From: Acidimicrobiia bacterium
GTDB taxonomy: Bacteria; Actinomycetota; Acidimicrobiia; IMCC26256; JBARPG01
Direction: 5' to 3'
DNA length: 45,435 bases
Assembly: GCA_049642885.1 (NCBI GenBank)
Contig: JBARPG010000102.1
Span: forward strand, 1-45,435
Shown here: piece after piece, positions 37,423-45,435 of the stretch
Layout: every line of letters starts with the position of its first letter
Position numbering within the stretch: position 1 is the stretch's first letter
Program-made: the position numbers and the translations under genes
The notes under the pieces: generated by a model
What the model was told of the DNA's origin: nothing
The model's input: only the letters and a program-made list of their open reading frames with translations
Databases searched by the model: none

Positions 37423-37893
37423 TTGAATTCGCTGGTGGCACCAGCACCCGATAGTTCCAAGTCGTCCAAGAAGTCTCCCGCAGCCCCGAGAGAACTCATC
37501 GAGTTTCTCGAATCCGTGAGCCCGGATCGCCGTGAGCTAATCGAGGCTCTACACAACACCATTACGGGTGCCGCTCCCGAAATGGCAATCGGCCTCGAAG
37601 GACGATTCCTCGGGTACGGGCCCTATCACTACCGGTATCCAACGGGGCGCGAAGGCGACGCGTTCGCCGTATCGATGATGAACGGCGCGCAGGCGGTCAG
37701 CGTCTACGTCATGGGTGCCGAAGGTGGGAAGTACCTTGCAGAGACCTTTGCGCCACGGCTTGGGAAGGTCTCCGTTGGGAAGTCCTGCATCCGTGTGAAA
37801 CGAATTGACCAGATCGACTTGGTGGTCCTTGCTGAACTGGTCGCGCTCTCAGCCCAGCACTTGGCAGACGGTCGACTGAGTCAATCTGATTGA
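37423..37893 (+). CDS. DUF1801 (YdhG-like) domain protein
   Basis: PRELIEFLESVSPDRRELIEALHNTITGAAPEM...GYGPYHY fits the DUF1801 N-terminal pattern. There is no in-frame ATG near the expected start, so I chose TTG 37423. GTG 37435 is also possible. Confidence 0.55.
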   Translation: MNSLVAPAPDSSKSSKKSPAAPRELIEFLESVSPDRRELIEALHNTITGAAPEMAIGLEGRFLGYGPYHYRYPTGREGDAFAVSMMNGAQAVSVYVMGAEGGKYLAETFAPRLGKVSVGKSCIRVKRIDQIDLVVLAELVALSAQHLADGRLSQSD

Positions 37894-37906
37894 TCTGAGC
37901 TAATCG

Positions 37907-38383
37907 CTAACGAGGGCGCTCGTGATCTCCGTCGGGATGGTGTTTCGCCCATGCGGCAAGCCACCCCTCGACCATCGGGCCGAACTTCGCCGGGTTGTAC
38001 ACGTCTTCCTCAGACGCGAATAGTCCGTTGCCCGCGTAGACGAGGCGCGTCCAGTTGGCCCCTTCGTAGATCTGTCCGTCGCCGGGATCGACGAAGCGAT
38101 TCTCGACCTGCCCGATCACCCAGCCCTGTTCGGCATCGATCGTGTACCAGTCCCAGGGAAAGATCTGCATGTGGGTGAACGGCCACGCATTCATCGTCGA
38201 ATTGATCCACGCGAGGAGCTCATCACGCCCGTGGAACTCCCCGTAGAGATGTTCGATGTAGTGGACATCCTCGGTGAAACACTCGACCCACGGGCGCCAA
38301 TCTCCGGTGCGTCCCGCCTCGTTCGCCGCGGTCTCATAGCGCTCAAACGCTGCCCGAATCTCTTGTTCAGCAAATGCCGTCAT
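37907..38383 (-). CDS. NTF2/SnoaL-like protein
   Basis: Start re-set to ATG (cat 38381-38383), preceded by GGAAGG. MTAFAEQEIRAAFERYETAANEAGRTGDWRPWVECFTEDVHYIEHLYGEFHGRDELLAWI is SnoaL-like. The upstream 153 codons of the track ORF overlap the Rrf2 gene on the other strand and look non-coding. Confidence 0.7.
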   Translation of the reverse strand: MTAFAEQEIRAAFERYETAANEAGRTGDWRPWVECFTEDVHYIEHLYGEFHGRDELLAWINSTMNAWPFTHMQIFPWDWYTIDAEQGWVIGQVENRFVDPGDGQIYEGANWTRLVYAGNGLFASEEDVYNPAKFGPMVEGWLAAWAKHHPDGDHERPR

Positions 38384-38491
38384 CCGATTCCTTCCATGGC
38401 TGCCAATGTGGCTCATCCTGCCCGTCCCCGGAGGTGCGTGCAATCCTCGACCAAGGCTGTGCAGCGCACGCCTATCTATTAGTCTGTGAGT

Positions 38492-38917
38492 ATGCGACTT
38501 GAGGTCACACGCCGGTCCGATCTGGCAGCCAAAGCCCTCCTTGAGCTTGCGCGCACCGGAGAGCGAATGAAGTCGCCCGAACTCGCGAACTGCGTCGGCA
38601 CCACTCCCGGATTCTTGGCGCAGGCGATGTCTCCGCTGGTCGCCGAGGGATGGGTTCGCTCGATTCCAGGCCCGAACGGTGGCTACGTCGCCGTGGCGGA
38701 TCCCAACGTGTTGAGCGTGCTCGACATCATCGAAGCGGTCGAGGGCCACACCGAGACCGGTCGATGCGTGCTCGAAGATCGACATTGCGCTGCATCGCGC
38801 GACTGCGCGCTGCATGAGCCGTGGTCGCTTGCCCGGTCGCACCTACGGAACGAACTCGCAGCAACATCGCTCGCCATGTTGCTCAATGACCACCCGGTCT
38901 CGAAGGAGAAGGTATGA
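38492..38917 (+). CDS. Rrf2-family transcriptional regulator with three-Cys cluster motif (NsrR/IscR-like)
   Basis: MRLEVTRRSDLAAKALLELA...GFLAQAMSPLVAEGWVRSIPGPNGGY is a wHTH. CVLEDRHCAASRDC is Cx6Cx5C, the position of the Fe-S ligands in NsrR/IscR. Confidence 0.85.
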   Translation: MRLEVTRRSDLAAKALLELARTGERMKSPELANCVGTTPGFLAQAMSPLVAEGWVRSIPGPNGGYVAVADPNVLSVLDIIEAVEGHTETGRCVLEDRHCAASRDCALHEPWSLARSHLRNELAATSLAMLLNDHPVSKEKV

Positions 38918-39627
38918 GCATCGCCACGTCCGATCAAACCCTTGCCGAAATCGTGAACGCGCGTCCACAAGCTGCGCGCGTACTCGAAGCTTTCGGACTT
39001 GACTACTGCTGTGGCGGACAACGCCAACTCGTCGACGCGTGCGCCGAGCAGGGCCTCGATGCCGAGCCCGTGGTCGCTGCAATTTCTGAACTCGATCCCG
39101 AACCGGCAGCCGACTGGGCTGCATTTGATCCGCGGGAACTCGTCGATCATCTCGAAGCAGTGCACCACTCTTATCTGAAGACCGAACTCCCGCGCCTCGA
39201 CCTACTCACTGAAAAGGTCGCGGGCGTACACGGTGACCGCCACCCTGAGCTGCACGAGGTGCGGTCGATCTTCCTCGAGCTCCGAGGCGAGCTTGAACCA
39301 CATCTCATGAAAGAAGAGCGCGTCCTGTTCCCAATGATCCGCGAGCTTGTGGAATCAACAGCACCCCCACAGTTCCACTGCGGGTCTCTTCAGAATCCGA
39401 TTTCGGTGATGTTGAGAGAGCACGATCGTGCCGGCGAATTGTTGCGGGCGTTGCGGACTGCGAGCGACGGATACGCCGTGCCAGACGACGGCTGCGCGAG
39501 CTACCACGCGTTGTACTCAAGTTTGGCGGAGCTTGAAGCCGATACCCATTTGCATATCCATAAGGAAAACAACGCATTGTTCCCCACTGTTGTTGCCCTC
39601 GAGGCAGATCGGAGTTCCCATGTTTAA
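38914..39627 (+). CDS. ytfE: Repair-of-iron-centres di-iron protein (RIC; YtfE/ScdA family)
   Basis: ATGA overlap with the Rrf2 stop. The ScdA_N motif is FGLDYCCGGQRQL. Hemerythrin-like His/Glu motifs are HHSYLK, EERVLFP and THLHIHKENNALFP. Confidence 0.9.
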   Translation: MSIATSDQTLAEIVNARPQAARVLEAFGLDYCCGGQRQLVDACAEQGLDAEPVVAAISELDPEPAADWAAFDPRELVDHLEAVHHSYLKTELPRLDLLTEKVAGVHGDRHPELHEVRSIFLELRGELEPHLMKEERVLFPMIRELVESTAPPQFHCGSLQNPISVMLREHDRAGELLRALRTASDGYAVPDDGCASYHALYSSLAELEADTHLHIHKENNALFPTVVALEADRSSHV

Positions 39628-40057
39628 GACCAAGGGAAATAGGACGAAGTGGAAGCACCCCAGTTCCAGCCGCCCTCGAGTGCTGCTCGAATGTCCATCC
39701 GACCTGTCACCGTCGATCATCGCCACGGTGATCGAGCGCCACGGCATGGATGTCCACATCTGCGAAGGGCCCGCTGACGGGGGGAAGTGCTCGTTGCTTG
39801 ACTCCGGGACCTGCGATGCAGTGAACGAGGCCGATGTCGTCGTGAACATGCTCGGCCAACGCCGAGCACACGGGCGACAGATCGCGGAAGCGGTGCGGAC
39901 AATGCCAGATGGTCCAGCGCTCGTGATCGAAGCTTCCGATAACGAACTCGCCCGTCCCGATGTATCGACCGAGGGTGCGACGGTCTTGAAACCGTCGTTC
40001 AGCGCCCGCTCGCTCTTGATCGCAATTCGAGACGGACGCCGTTCCGCTCGCGCATGA
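39620..40057 (+). CDS. Small Cys-rich receiver-like (pseudo-REC) protein, unknown function
   Basis: ATG 39620 overlaps the end of RIC by 8 nt. The alternating beta/alpha pattern aligns by eye to CheY-like receivers: RVLLEC / DVHICEG / ADVVVNML / ALVIEAS / GATVLKPSF. The acidic pair and the phospho-Asp are replaced (EC and N), and there are four Cys. Confidence 0.55.
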   Translation: MFKTKGNRTKWKHPSSSRPRVLLECPSDLSPSIIATVIERHGMDVHICEGPADGGKCSLLDSGTCDAVNEADVVVNMLGQRRAHGRQIAEAVRTMPDGPALVIEASDNELARPDVSTEGATVLKPSFSARSLLIAIRDGRRSARA

Positions 40058-40101
40058 CCCAGTGCTGATGCGCTGGCGCACAGAGAACGGCCCAGCTGGC
40101 G

Positions 40102-41274
40102 GTGTTTGACCTTCGGAGCGGCGAGACGTGGCGTGATCCGTTCCGCATGTACGCCGAGCTGCGCGAACACGCCCCCCTTCAACGTGTCGAGGACGGCGAC
40201 TACTGGGTGCTGTCTCGATTCGATGACGTGTGGCGCGCCACGCGCGATGTCGAAACGTTTTCTTCAGCCGAAGGCTTAACCGTTACCTACGGCGAGCGTG
40301 AACGCATCGGGCTTGAAGAGGCGCGACCCATCGTGATGATGGACCGTCCCGAACACACACAGATGCGTCGGGTGGTTTCCGCAGGATTCACGCCGCGGCG
40401 CGTCACGACCATCGAACCATCCGTACGCGAATTCGTTCGAGCGCGACTCGACGCGATCGCTGACATGGCCGCACCGGACATCGCAGTCGAGCTCTTCAAG
40501 CCATTGCCATCAATGGTCGTGGGCCGCTACTTGGGCGTCCCCGAATCAGATCGCGCGCAGTTCGATGTCTGGAGCGACGCAATTGTCGATGCAAATGCGA
40601 ACGGTGACGTGACCGATGCGGCAGAGCGACTATTGGAATTGTTTGGCTACTTCGGTGAACTCATTGAACGCCGAAAGCTCGAGCCGGGTGATGATGTCAT
40701 TTCTGACCTGGTCGCGATTGAGGCCGAAGGCGATCGCCTCACGACGCTGCAGATTCTCGGTTTCGCGTTCACGATGGTGGCGGGAGGCAACGACACGACC
40801 ACGGGATTGCTTGGCGGCGCGTCCGAACTCTTGACCGCACATCCCGACCAACGTCGGATGTTGGCCAACGACACGAGCCTCATTCCGGCAGCAGTCGAGG
40901 AATACCTGCGACTCGTCTGTCCCGTCCAAGGGCTCGCTCGGACCACAACTCGTCCAGTGGAGATCTACGGGGAGACGATCCCCGCACACCACAAAGTCCT
41001 GTTGTTATTCGCATCTGCGAATCGAGATCACCGCGAATTCGGTCCGAACGCAGAAGCGTGCGATGTGACCCGAACCTTCGATCGCATGATGACCTTTGGC
41101 GCAGGCGCGCATTTGTGCCTCGGCGCCGCCGCAGCGCGCATGATGGGTCGCGTTGCGCTCGAAGAACTTCTCACGCGCTTCCCAGATTTTGAGGTGGACG
41201 CGGCAGCGGGGCGGTTTTCCGAAGGGAACTACGTCCGCCGCTACGCATCTCTCCCGTTCAACGCTCACGCGTAG
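40102..41274 (+). CDS. Cytochrome P450
   Basis: Heme-ligand loop FGAGAHLCLG, ExxR (EEYLR) and I-helix-like AGGNDTT. GTG start. Confidence 0.9.
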   Translation: MFDLRSGETWRDPFRMYAELREHAPLQRVEDGDYWVLSRFDDVWRATRDVETFSSAEGLTVTYGERERIGLEEARPIVMMDRPEHTQMRRVVSAGFTPRRVTTIEPSVREFVRARLDAIADMAAPDIAVELFKPLPSMVVGRYLGVPESDRAQFDVWSDAIVDANANGDVTDAAERLLELFGYFGELIERRKLEPGDDVISDLVAIEAEGDRLTTLQILGFAFTMVAGGNDTTTGLLGGASELLTAHPDQRRMLANDTSLIPAAVEEYLRLVCPVQGLARTTTRPVEIYGETIPAHHKVLLLFASANRDHREFGPNAEACDVTRTFDRMMTFGAGAHLCLGAAAARMMGRVALEELLTRFPDFEVDAAAGRFSEGNYVRRYASLPFNAHA

Positions 41275-41352
41275 CGACACCCCACCTGCATGTCGATCCC
41301 TGTCACCGTGCCTGAGGGGTCGAGCCCGATCATCACGCTGTTCGGATAACGC

Positions 41353-41823
41353 TCAGGTGAAGATGATTTGCCCGCCCGCAGACATCTCGTAGAACTCGCC
41401 GACGGTGATGATGTCCTGGACCTGCTCGATGAAATCATCTTTCGAGAAGCCGAAGAGATCGACCGAGGCAAGGCACGCGTAGATACCCGCACCGGTATCC
41501 GAGATCATCTCGACAAATTCCGGGATGTTCGGGATGTCCAGCTTCTCAATCTTTCCGCGCATCATCTTGGTCACGAGCGCACTCGCACCAGGAATGCCGC
41601 CAAGCATCGTCGGCATGTGCAGCCCCGGGTTACCGACAGCAGCGACCTTGATCTTTGATTGGCGCTTCTTGTGAATTGCGTCCATGCCGAAGAAAGTGAA
41701 GAACAGATTGACTTCAATCCCCTCCGCACGCGCTCCGTTCGCCATGATCAGCGCGGGATAAATCCCTTCGAGCGAACCCTTGGAAACAATGATCGAAACC
41801 TTTTCAATTGCGCCTTCACTCAT
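41353..41823 (-). CDS. DsrE/DsrF-like (COG2210-type) sulfur-relay family protein
   Basis: KVSIIVSKGSLEGIYPALIMANGARAEGIEVNLFFTFFG and a single conserved Cys in YACLASVDLFG match the DsrE2/COG2210-type pattern as I recall it. Confidence 0.75.
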   Translation of the reverse strand: MSEGAIEKVSIIVSKGSLEGIYPALIMANGARAEGIEVNLFFTFFGMDAIHKKRQSKIKVAAVGNPGLHMPTMLGGIPGASALVTKMMRGKIEKLDIPNIPEFVEMISDTGAGIYACLASVDLFGFSKDDFIEQVQDIITVGEFYEMSAGGQIIFT

Positions 41824-41888
41824 GAGGGCACTCCTTTCTCATCGCACCGTTTCAGGCCGGAGGCCTGTTCAACTCGCTGACGTACCGG

Positions 41889-42206
41889 TCACACACATCC
41901 GCGCGGCTTGGGGATTCCTGCGACACGTGCTGCAATCTTCGCGGGCCCTTTCGGAAACAACTGGTACAGCTCTTTGATACTCACGCCCGAGGTCTTGCCG
42001 AGCATGCGGACAGTCGGGCCCGTGCCTTTCGACGCGAACTCGGTACGCATAAAACGAATTACTGACCAATGCTTGTCGGTGACCTCGTCAATGCCTTCTT
42101 CTGCAGCGAGCTCCGGGACCATTGCTTCAGTCCATTGGCCTGGGGTCTCGAAAAATCCTTCATCGTTTACATCGACGGTGATTCCAGCGACGGTCTTTGT
42201 GGGCAT
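41889..42206 (-). CDS. TusE/DsrC/DsvC-family sulfur-relay protein (TusE-like, single C-terminal Cys)
   Basis: Family-typical blocks are VDVNDEGFFETPGQWTE, HWSVIRFMR and ELYQLFPKGPAK. The C-terminus is IPKPRGCV. The second DsrC cysteine, expected 11 residues upstream, is Ala here. Confidence 0.85.
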   Translation of the reverse strand: MPTKTVAGITVDVNDEGFFETPGQWTEAMVPELAAEEGIDEVTDKHWSVIRFMRTEFASKGTGPTVRMLGKTSGVSIKELYQLFPKGPAKIAARVAGIPKPRGCV

Positions 42207-42239
42207 CGAATCCTCCTCGGGGGTCGAGAATGTTGTGTG

Positions 42240-43469
42240 TCAGATCTTCTTCCCGGACTTCGGCATACTCGCACCGATGCCCGGAATGTCACGGCCCGGC
42301 AGCAACGCGTGCCAGTAGAACCACTGGAACATCAACTTGCCCAGGTGGTTCATCCGTGATTCTTTCATGAGCGGCAAGCCAACGGCAGTCGGGAAGTGAC
42401 CGGGTACCGGTTCTTGCTCGTAGTTGAAGTCGATGAGCATCGCCTTACCGAAACCAGTTTCGATGAAACAGTTGGCGTGCCCGTCGTATGACGCGTCGAG
42501 CGACTCCCCTTTCAAGAAGCGCTGGATGTTCTGCACGAGCACTTCGCCTTCGAAGTGTGTGACCGAGCCCGCCTTCGATGCGGGCAGCGTCGTGGCATCG
42601 CCCAGCGCGAACACATTCTCTTTCACGCTCGATTGCAGAGTCGACGGGTTCGTCGGCACAAAGTTCAACTCGTCACCAAGGCCCGCCGATCGCCCCACGT
42701 ACTCCTGGCCTCCGTGAAGCGGGATAACAACGGCAAGATCGAAGGGCACTTCGCGCTCGTCATAGGAAATGAGTTTGCCTGCGCCGCCGTCGACTTCGCC
42801 GGTATTGAACTCCGTCACGAGCGCGATGTTGCGCTCTGCCAACATTCCACCAAGGCGTTGGGCCGCGACGGGTTTGGTGAACGCCGCGTCGAGCGGAGTG
42901 ACATACGTGAGGTCGACCTTGTCGCGGATGCCGCGCTCTTGAAAGAACCAGTCGGCAAGAAACGCAAACTCAAGCGGTGCGACCGGGCACTTGATCGGCA
43001 TATCGACGACATTGATCGCGACCCGACCGCCGTCGAAGGTGTCGAGTGCTTTTTCGAGCGCCTCGGCTCCGTCGAGTGTGTAGAAGGTGTGCACCGTCTT
43101 GCCCCAAGCAGGACCAGTGAGCCCTTCCGTTTCTTCCGGAAGGATGGTCGCTCCCGTTGCGATCACGAGCAGGTCGTATTCGAATGTGGTGCCGTCGGCG
43201 AGCGTAACGAGATTGTGCTCGAGATCGACATGGTCAATCGCGGACTGGTGGTACGCGATGCCTTTGTGGAGTTGGCGAGCGCGTGACCGAACAATGTCCT
43301 CAGGTTGCGTCAACCCGAACGGTACGAACAACAAACCCGGTTGGTACACGTGCCGATCGTCTTGATCGACAACGGTGATCGAAACATCGTCTCCGCACTC
43401 GTGGTGGAGTCGATTGGCGGTCAACGTGCCGCCCGTTCCTGCGCCCAGAATGACAATTCGTGAACTCAT
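42240..43469 (-). CDS. Sulfide:quinone oxidoreductase-like FAD-dependent pyridine-nucleotide-disulfide oxidoreductase
   Basis: ATG (cat 43467-43469) is preceded by GGAGG. MSSRIVILGAGTGGTLTANRL is the FAD fold. IKCPVAPLEFA and a length of about 409 aa are typical for SQR-family proteins. The SQR type is not assignable by eye. Confidence 0.75.
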   Translation of the reverse strand: MSSRIVILGAGTGGTLTANRLHHECGDDVSITVVDQDDRHVYQPGLLFVPFGLTQPEDIVRSRARQLHKGIAYHQSAIDHVDLEHNLVTLADGTTFEYDLLVIATGATILPEETEGLTGPAWGKTVHTFYTLDGAEALEKALDTFDGGRVAINVVDMPIKCPVAPLEFAFLADWFFQERGIRDKVDLTYVTPLDAAFTKPVAAQRLGGMLAERNIALVTEFNTGEVDGGAGKLISYDEREVPFDLAVVIPLHGGQEYVGRSAGLGDELNFVPTNPSTLQSSVKENVFALGDATTLPASKAGSVTHFEGEVLVQNIQRFLKGESLDASYDGHANCFIETGFGKAMLIDFNYEQEPVPGHFPTAVGLPLMKESRMNHLGKLMFQWFYWHALLPGRDIPGIGASMPKSGKKI

Positions 43470-43585
43470 AGCGACCTCCACCTGTCCTATTCCTACACCT
43501 CCTCGAGCACTAAGTAGAAACCCGCGGACGTGTGGCAGTTCTCACGCACGTTTCGAAGCGGCTAGCGGTGCGGCATGATGTGACC

Positions 43586-44404
43586 ATGACCGAGATCATC
43601 GATGTCTGGATGCAACACCCGACCTTGCGCCATGCCAACCATGAGATGTTCGAATCGCTTCGTCGATGGATGGGTGTCGAGGGTGAGCTTGTTGAGGAGC
43701 TCCCACTCGAACTCACGATCGAGGCGATGGACGCTGCGCAGGTCAGCGTCGGCCTCACGACCGCTTGGTACGGACCGGAAGGGCCACTGATTGACAACGA
43801 AACAGTTGCTGGCTTCGTGGAGCGCTTTCCAGACCGGTTGCGCGGGGTCGCAGGCGCAGACATCCGCAAACCAATGGACGCCGTCCGCGAGCTACGCCGC
43901 CGCGTTGATGAAGGCTTCGTCGCGCTTCGCGTATTGCCATGGTTGTGGGAGGTTCCCCCAACCGATCGCCGCTTCTACCCGCTCTATGCCGCGTGCGTGG
44001 ATCTTGGCGTTCCCTTTTGCACGCAGGTCGGCCACACCGGCCCGCTTCGCCCCTCGGAGCCCGGTCGACCCATCCCCTATATCGATCAGATCGCCAACGA
44101 CTTTCCGGAACTCGTGATTGTGTGTGGGCATATCGGCTATCCGTGGACGAACGAAATGATCGCCGTGGCGGACAAGCATCAGAACGTGTACATCGATACG
44201 AGCGCGTACGCGACGCATCGATTTCCGCCCGAGCTCGTCGAGTACCTCAAGGGGCGCGGTAGACACAAGGTCATGTTCGGATCGAACTACCCGATGATCA
44301 CGCCAAGTCGAGCGCTCGAGCGGCTTGCTGACCTCGGGCTCGACGACGACACACGAGCGGACTATCTCGCAGGCAACGCTCGCCGCGTGTTCAAGCTCGC
44401 CTGA
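43586..44404 (+). CDS. Amidohydrolase-2 (ACMSD/TIM-barrel metal hydrolase) family protein
   Basis: MTEIIDVWMQHPT..., FCTQVGHTG, VCGHIGYPW, IDTSAY and the tail GNARRVFKL are typical of PF04909-like proteins. Start re-set to ATG 43586. Confidence 0.7.
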   Translation: MTEIIDVWMQHPTLRHANHEMFESLRRWMGVEGELVEELPLELTIEAMDAAQVSVGLTTAWYGPEGPLIDNETVAGFVERFPDRLRGVAGADIRKPMDAVRELRRRVDEGFVALRVLPWLWEVPPTDRRFYPLYAACVDLGVPFCTQVGHTGPLRPSEPGRPIPYIDQIANDFPELVIVCGHIGYPWTNEMIAVADKHQNVYIDTSAYATHRFPPELVEYLKGRGRHKVMFGSNYPMITPSRALERLADLGLDDDTRADYLAGNARRVFKLA

Positions 44405-44473
44405 CGCATCGATGAAAAGCGAGATCTTCGGGAACTGAACTCTGCTCGCCGACGTCAAAGGGAGATGCTCAAC

Positions 44474-45435
44474 ATGCGTCAACTCCGGAAAATCACTGTC
44501 CTCCTTCTGACCGTGGGCCTTTTCGGCGCCGCGTGCGGGTCGGACGGCTCTGCGTCTACGGCTGCGTCTGCGAGGGACCGTTCTCCGCAGGTTTCTGACT
44601 CGGATACGAGCGAAGTTGCCGATGCACTGAACGAGTTTGCGTTCGATCTTTACAATCAGATGCGCAGTCACGATGCAAAGGCGAACCTTTGGTTCTCCCC
44701 GCAGTCCATTCGCGCGATGCTCGCAATGGCAATGATGGGATCCGCAGGCGATACCCGACTCGAACTACGCAAAGCCCTGCACCTGACCCTTCCCGACGAG
44801 CGCCTCTACGCGGCGCTCAACGCACTCGACCTTTCCCTCACACAACGAAAGGACGTCACAGTCGAAGAGGGAAACTGGATTGCGGACTTCAGCGGCGGGA
44901 AGTTGAAGAAGCCATATACCGATCGCCTGGCGAAGCACTTTGGCGTGGCCGTCGACCAAATGCCCGAAGGAGATCTCGGGGAGGCGGCACGGCAAATCAA
45001 TGCCGCGGTCGAGAAGCGAACTCACGGAAGAGTGAAGAACTTCGTTACGGCCGACGACTTAGCGGGTGTCCGCGATGTGCTGATCAACACGACCTACTTC
45101 AAAGGCGAATGGACAACGGGCTTCGACGCTAAGTACACGGAGCCGGGTCCGTTCGAGCGACTTGACGGCTCAACCCACGATGTTCCGATGATGTCGACCG
45201 AGACCAAGGACGCACGCTTCACCACGACGGGCAGCGCCACGATGGTCGAGATTCCATATAAGGGCTATATGTCGATGGCCATTGTCATGCCCGACTCAGG
45301 GAAATTTGACGACGTGGTTTCCACACTCGACGCGGCGACATGGCAAGACCTGTTCGCGGACCTCAACCGATACGAGGTCATGTTGACGCTGCCGAAGTTC
45401 GAACTGAAACCACAGAAGAGTGCCGACATAACGAA
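44474..45435 (+). CDS. Serpin-family protease inhibitor with lipoprotein signal; 3' end cut by window edge
   Basis: Own translation, since there is no stop in the window and it is absent from the track: MRQLRKITVLLLTVGLFGAACGSD (lipobox), then the serpin N-terminal blocks FAFDLYNQM, NLWFSPQSIRAMLAMAMMGSAGDT, INAAVEKRTHGRVKNF, LINTTYFKGEW and MVEIPYKG. GGGAG SD lies 9 nt upstream. Confidence 0.8.
   Translation, partial: MRQLRKITVLLLTVGLFGAACGSDGSASTAASARDRSPQVSDSDTSEVADALNEFAFDLYNQMRSHDAKANLWFSPQSIRAMLAMAMMGSAGDTRLELRKALHLTLPDERLYAALNALDLSLTQRKDVTVEEGNWIADFSGGKLKKPYTDRLAKHFGVAVDQMPEGDLGEAARQINAAVEKRTHGRVKNFVTADDLAGVRDVLINTTYFKGEWTTGFDAKYTEPGPFERLDGSTHDVPMMSTETKDARFTTTGSATMVEIPYKGYMSMAIVMPDSGKFDDVVSTLDAATWQDLFADLNRYEVMLTLPKFELKPQKSADIT

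Noticed and set aside
37364-37480. yybP-ykoY (Mn) riboswitch upstream of the TerC gene
   Set aside because: Only about 60 nt separate the TerC start from the divergent DUF1801 gene. The reverse-complemented leader lacks the conserved GGGGAGUAG and matching 3' elements. A CUGACAU fragment alone is not sufficient evidence.
38440-38480. NsrR operator in the SnoaL/Rrf2 divergent region
   Set aside because: Only a weak 6-bp inverted repeat (GCGTGC...GCACGC) was found. It does not resemble the AT-rich NsrR boxes I know, so it is not reported as a feature.
41275-41352. Intrinsic terminator between the convergent P450 and DsrE-like genes
   Set aside because: No convincing GC-rich stem followed by a T-tract could be found by eye.

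Overview
GC-rich, gene-dense chromosomal segment with actinobacterial hallmarks: a TIGR03086/mycothiol-type DinB-fold protein, Tat and lipobox signals, an LPXTG protein, ECF sigma pairs, and many ATGA/GTGA start-stop overlaps. Finer taxonomy cannot be settled from this window. I call 48 protein-coding genes, two of them cut by the window edges and one apparently frameshifted. I see no rRNA, tRNA, CRISPR array, transposase or integrase. Many ORF-track entries are over-extended at the 5' end, so I re-set those starts using signal peptides, SD sites and 4-nt overlaps. In order the window holds: a SnoaL-like fragment; two tandem paralogous lipoproteins with a PG-binding HlyD-type adaptor and a MacB-type ABC exporter; a DUF3558-like lipoprotein; a DUF1800/DUF1501 pair; a TIGR03086 protein; an LPXTG poly-Thr surface protein; thrH; an arsenic cluster (arsR-ltrA divergent from arsI-arsC-acr3-yceI-like); maf; a D-aminoacylase; a crotonase; an xthA and ECF sigma/membrane-partner unit; an arylsulfatase; an APC-transporter/USP fusion; class I FBA; a frameshifted hypothetical; a large polytopic membrane protein coupled to a CrtI-family flavoprotein; a second ECF sigma whose partner carries an NlpC/P60 domain with the nucleophile Cys replaced by Ala; SHOCT and CDF-like membrane proteins; TerC-USP; DUF1801; a SnoaL-like protein; an Rrf2(NsrR-like)-RIC(YtfE)-Cys-rich pseudo-receiver-P450 string; an SQR-like/TusE-DsrC/DsrE-like sulfur module; an amidohydrolase; and a lipoprotein serpin (3' partial). 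The best candidates for undescribed biology are the lipoprotein-headed, PG-anchored MacB-type exporter operon, the pseudo-NlpC/P60 sigma partner, the Cys-rich pseudo-receiver coupled to RIC, and the membrane-protein/CrtI-like pair. All family calls rest on motif recognition by eye. No database search was run.
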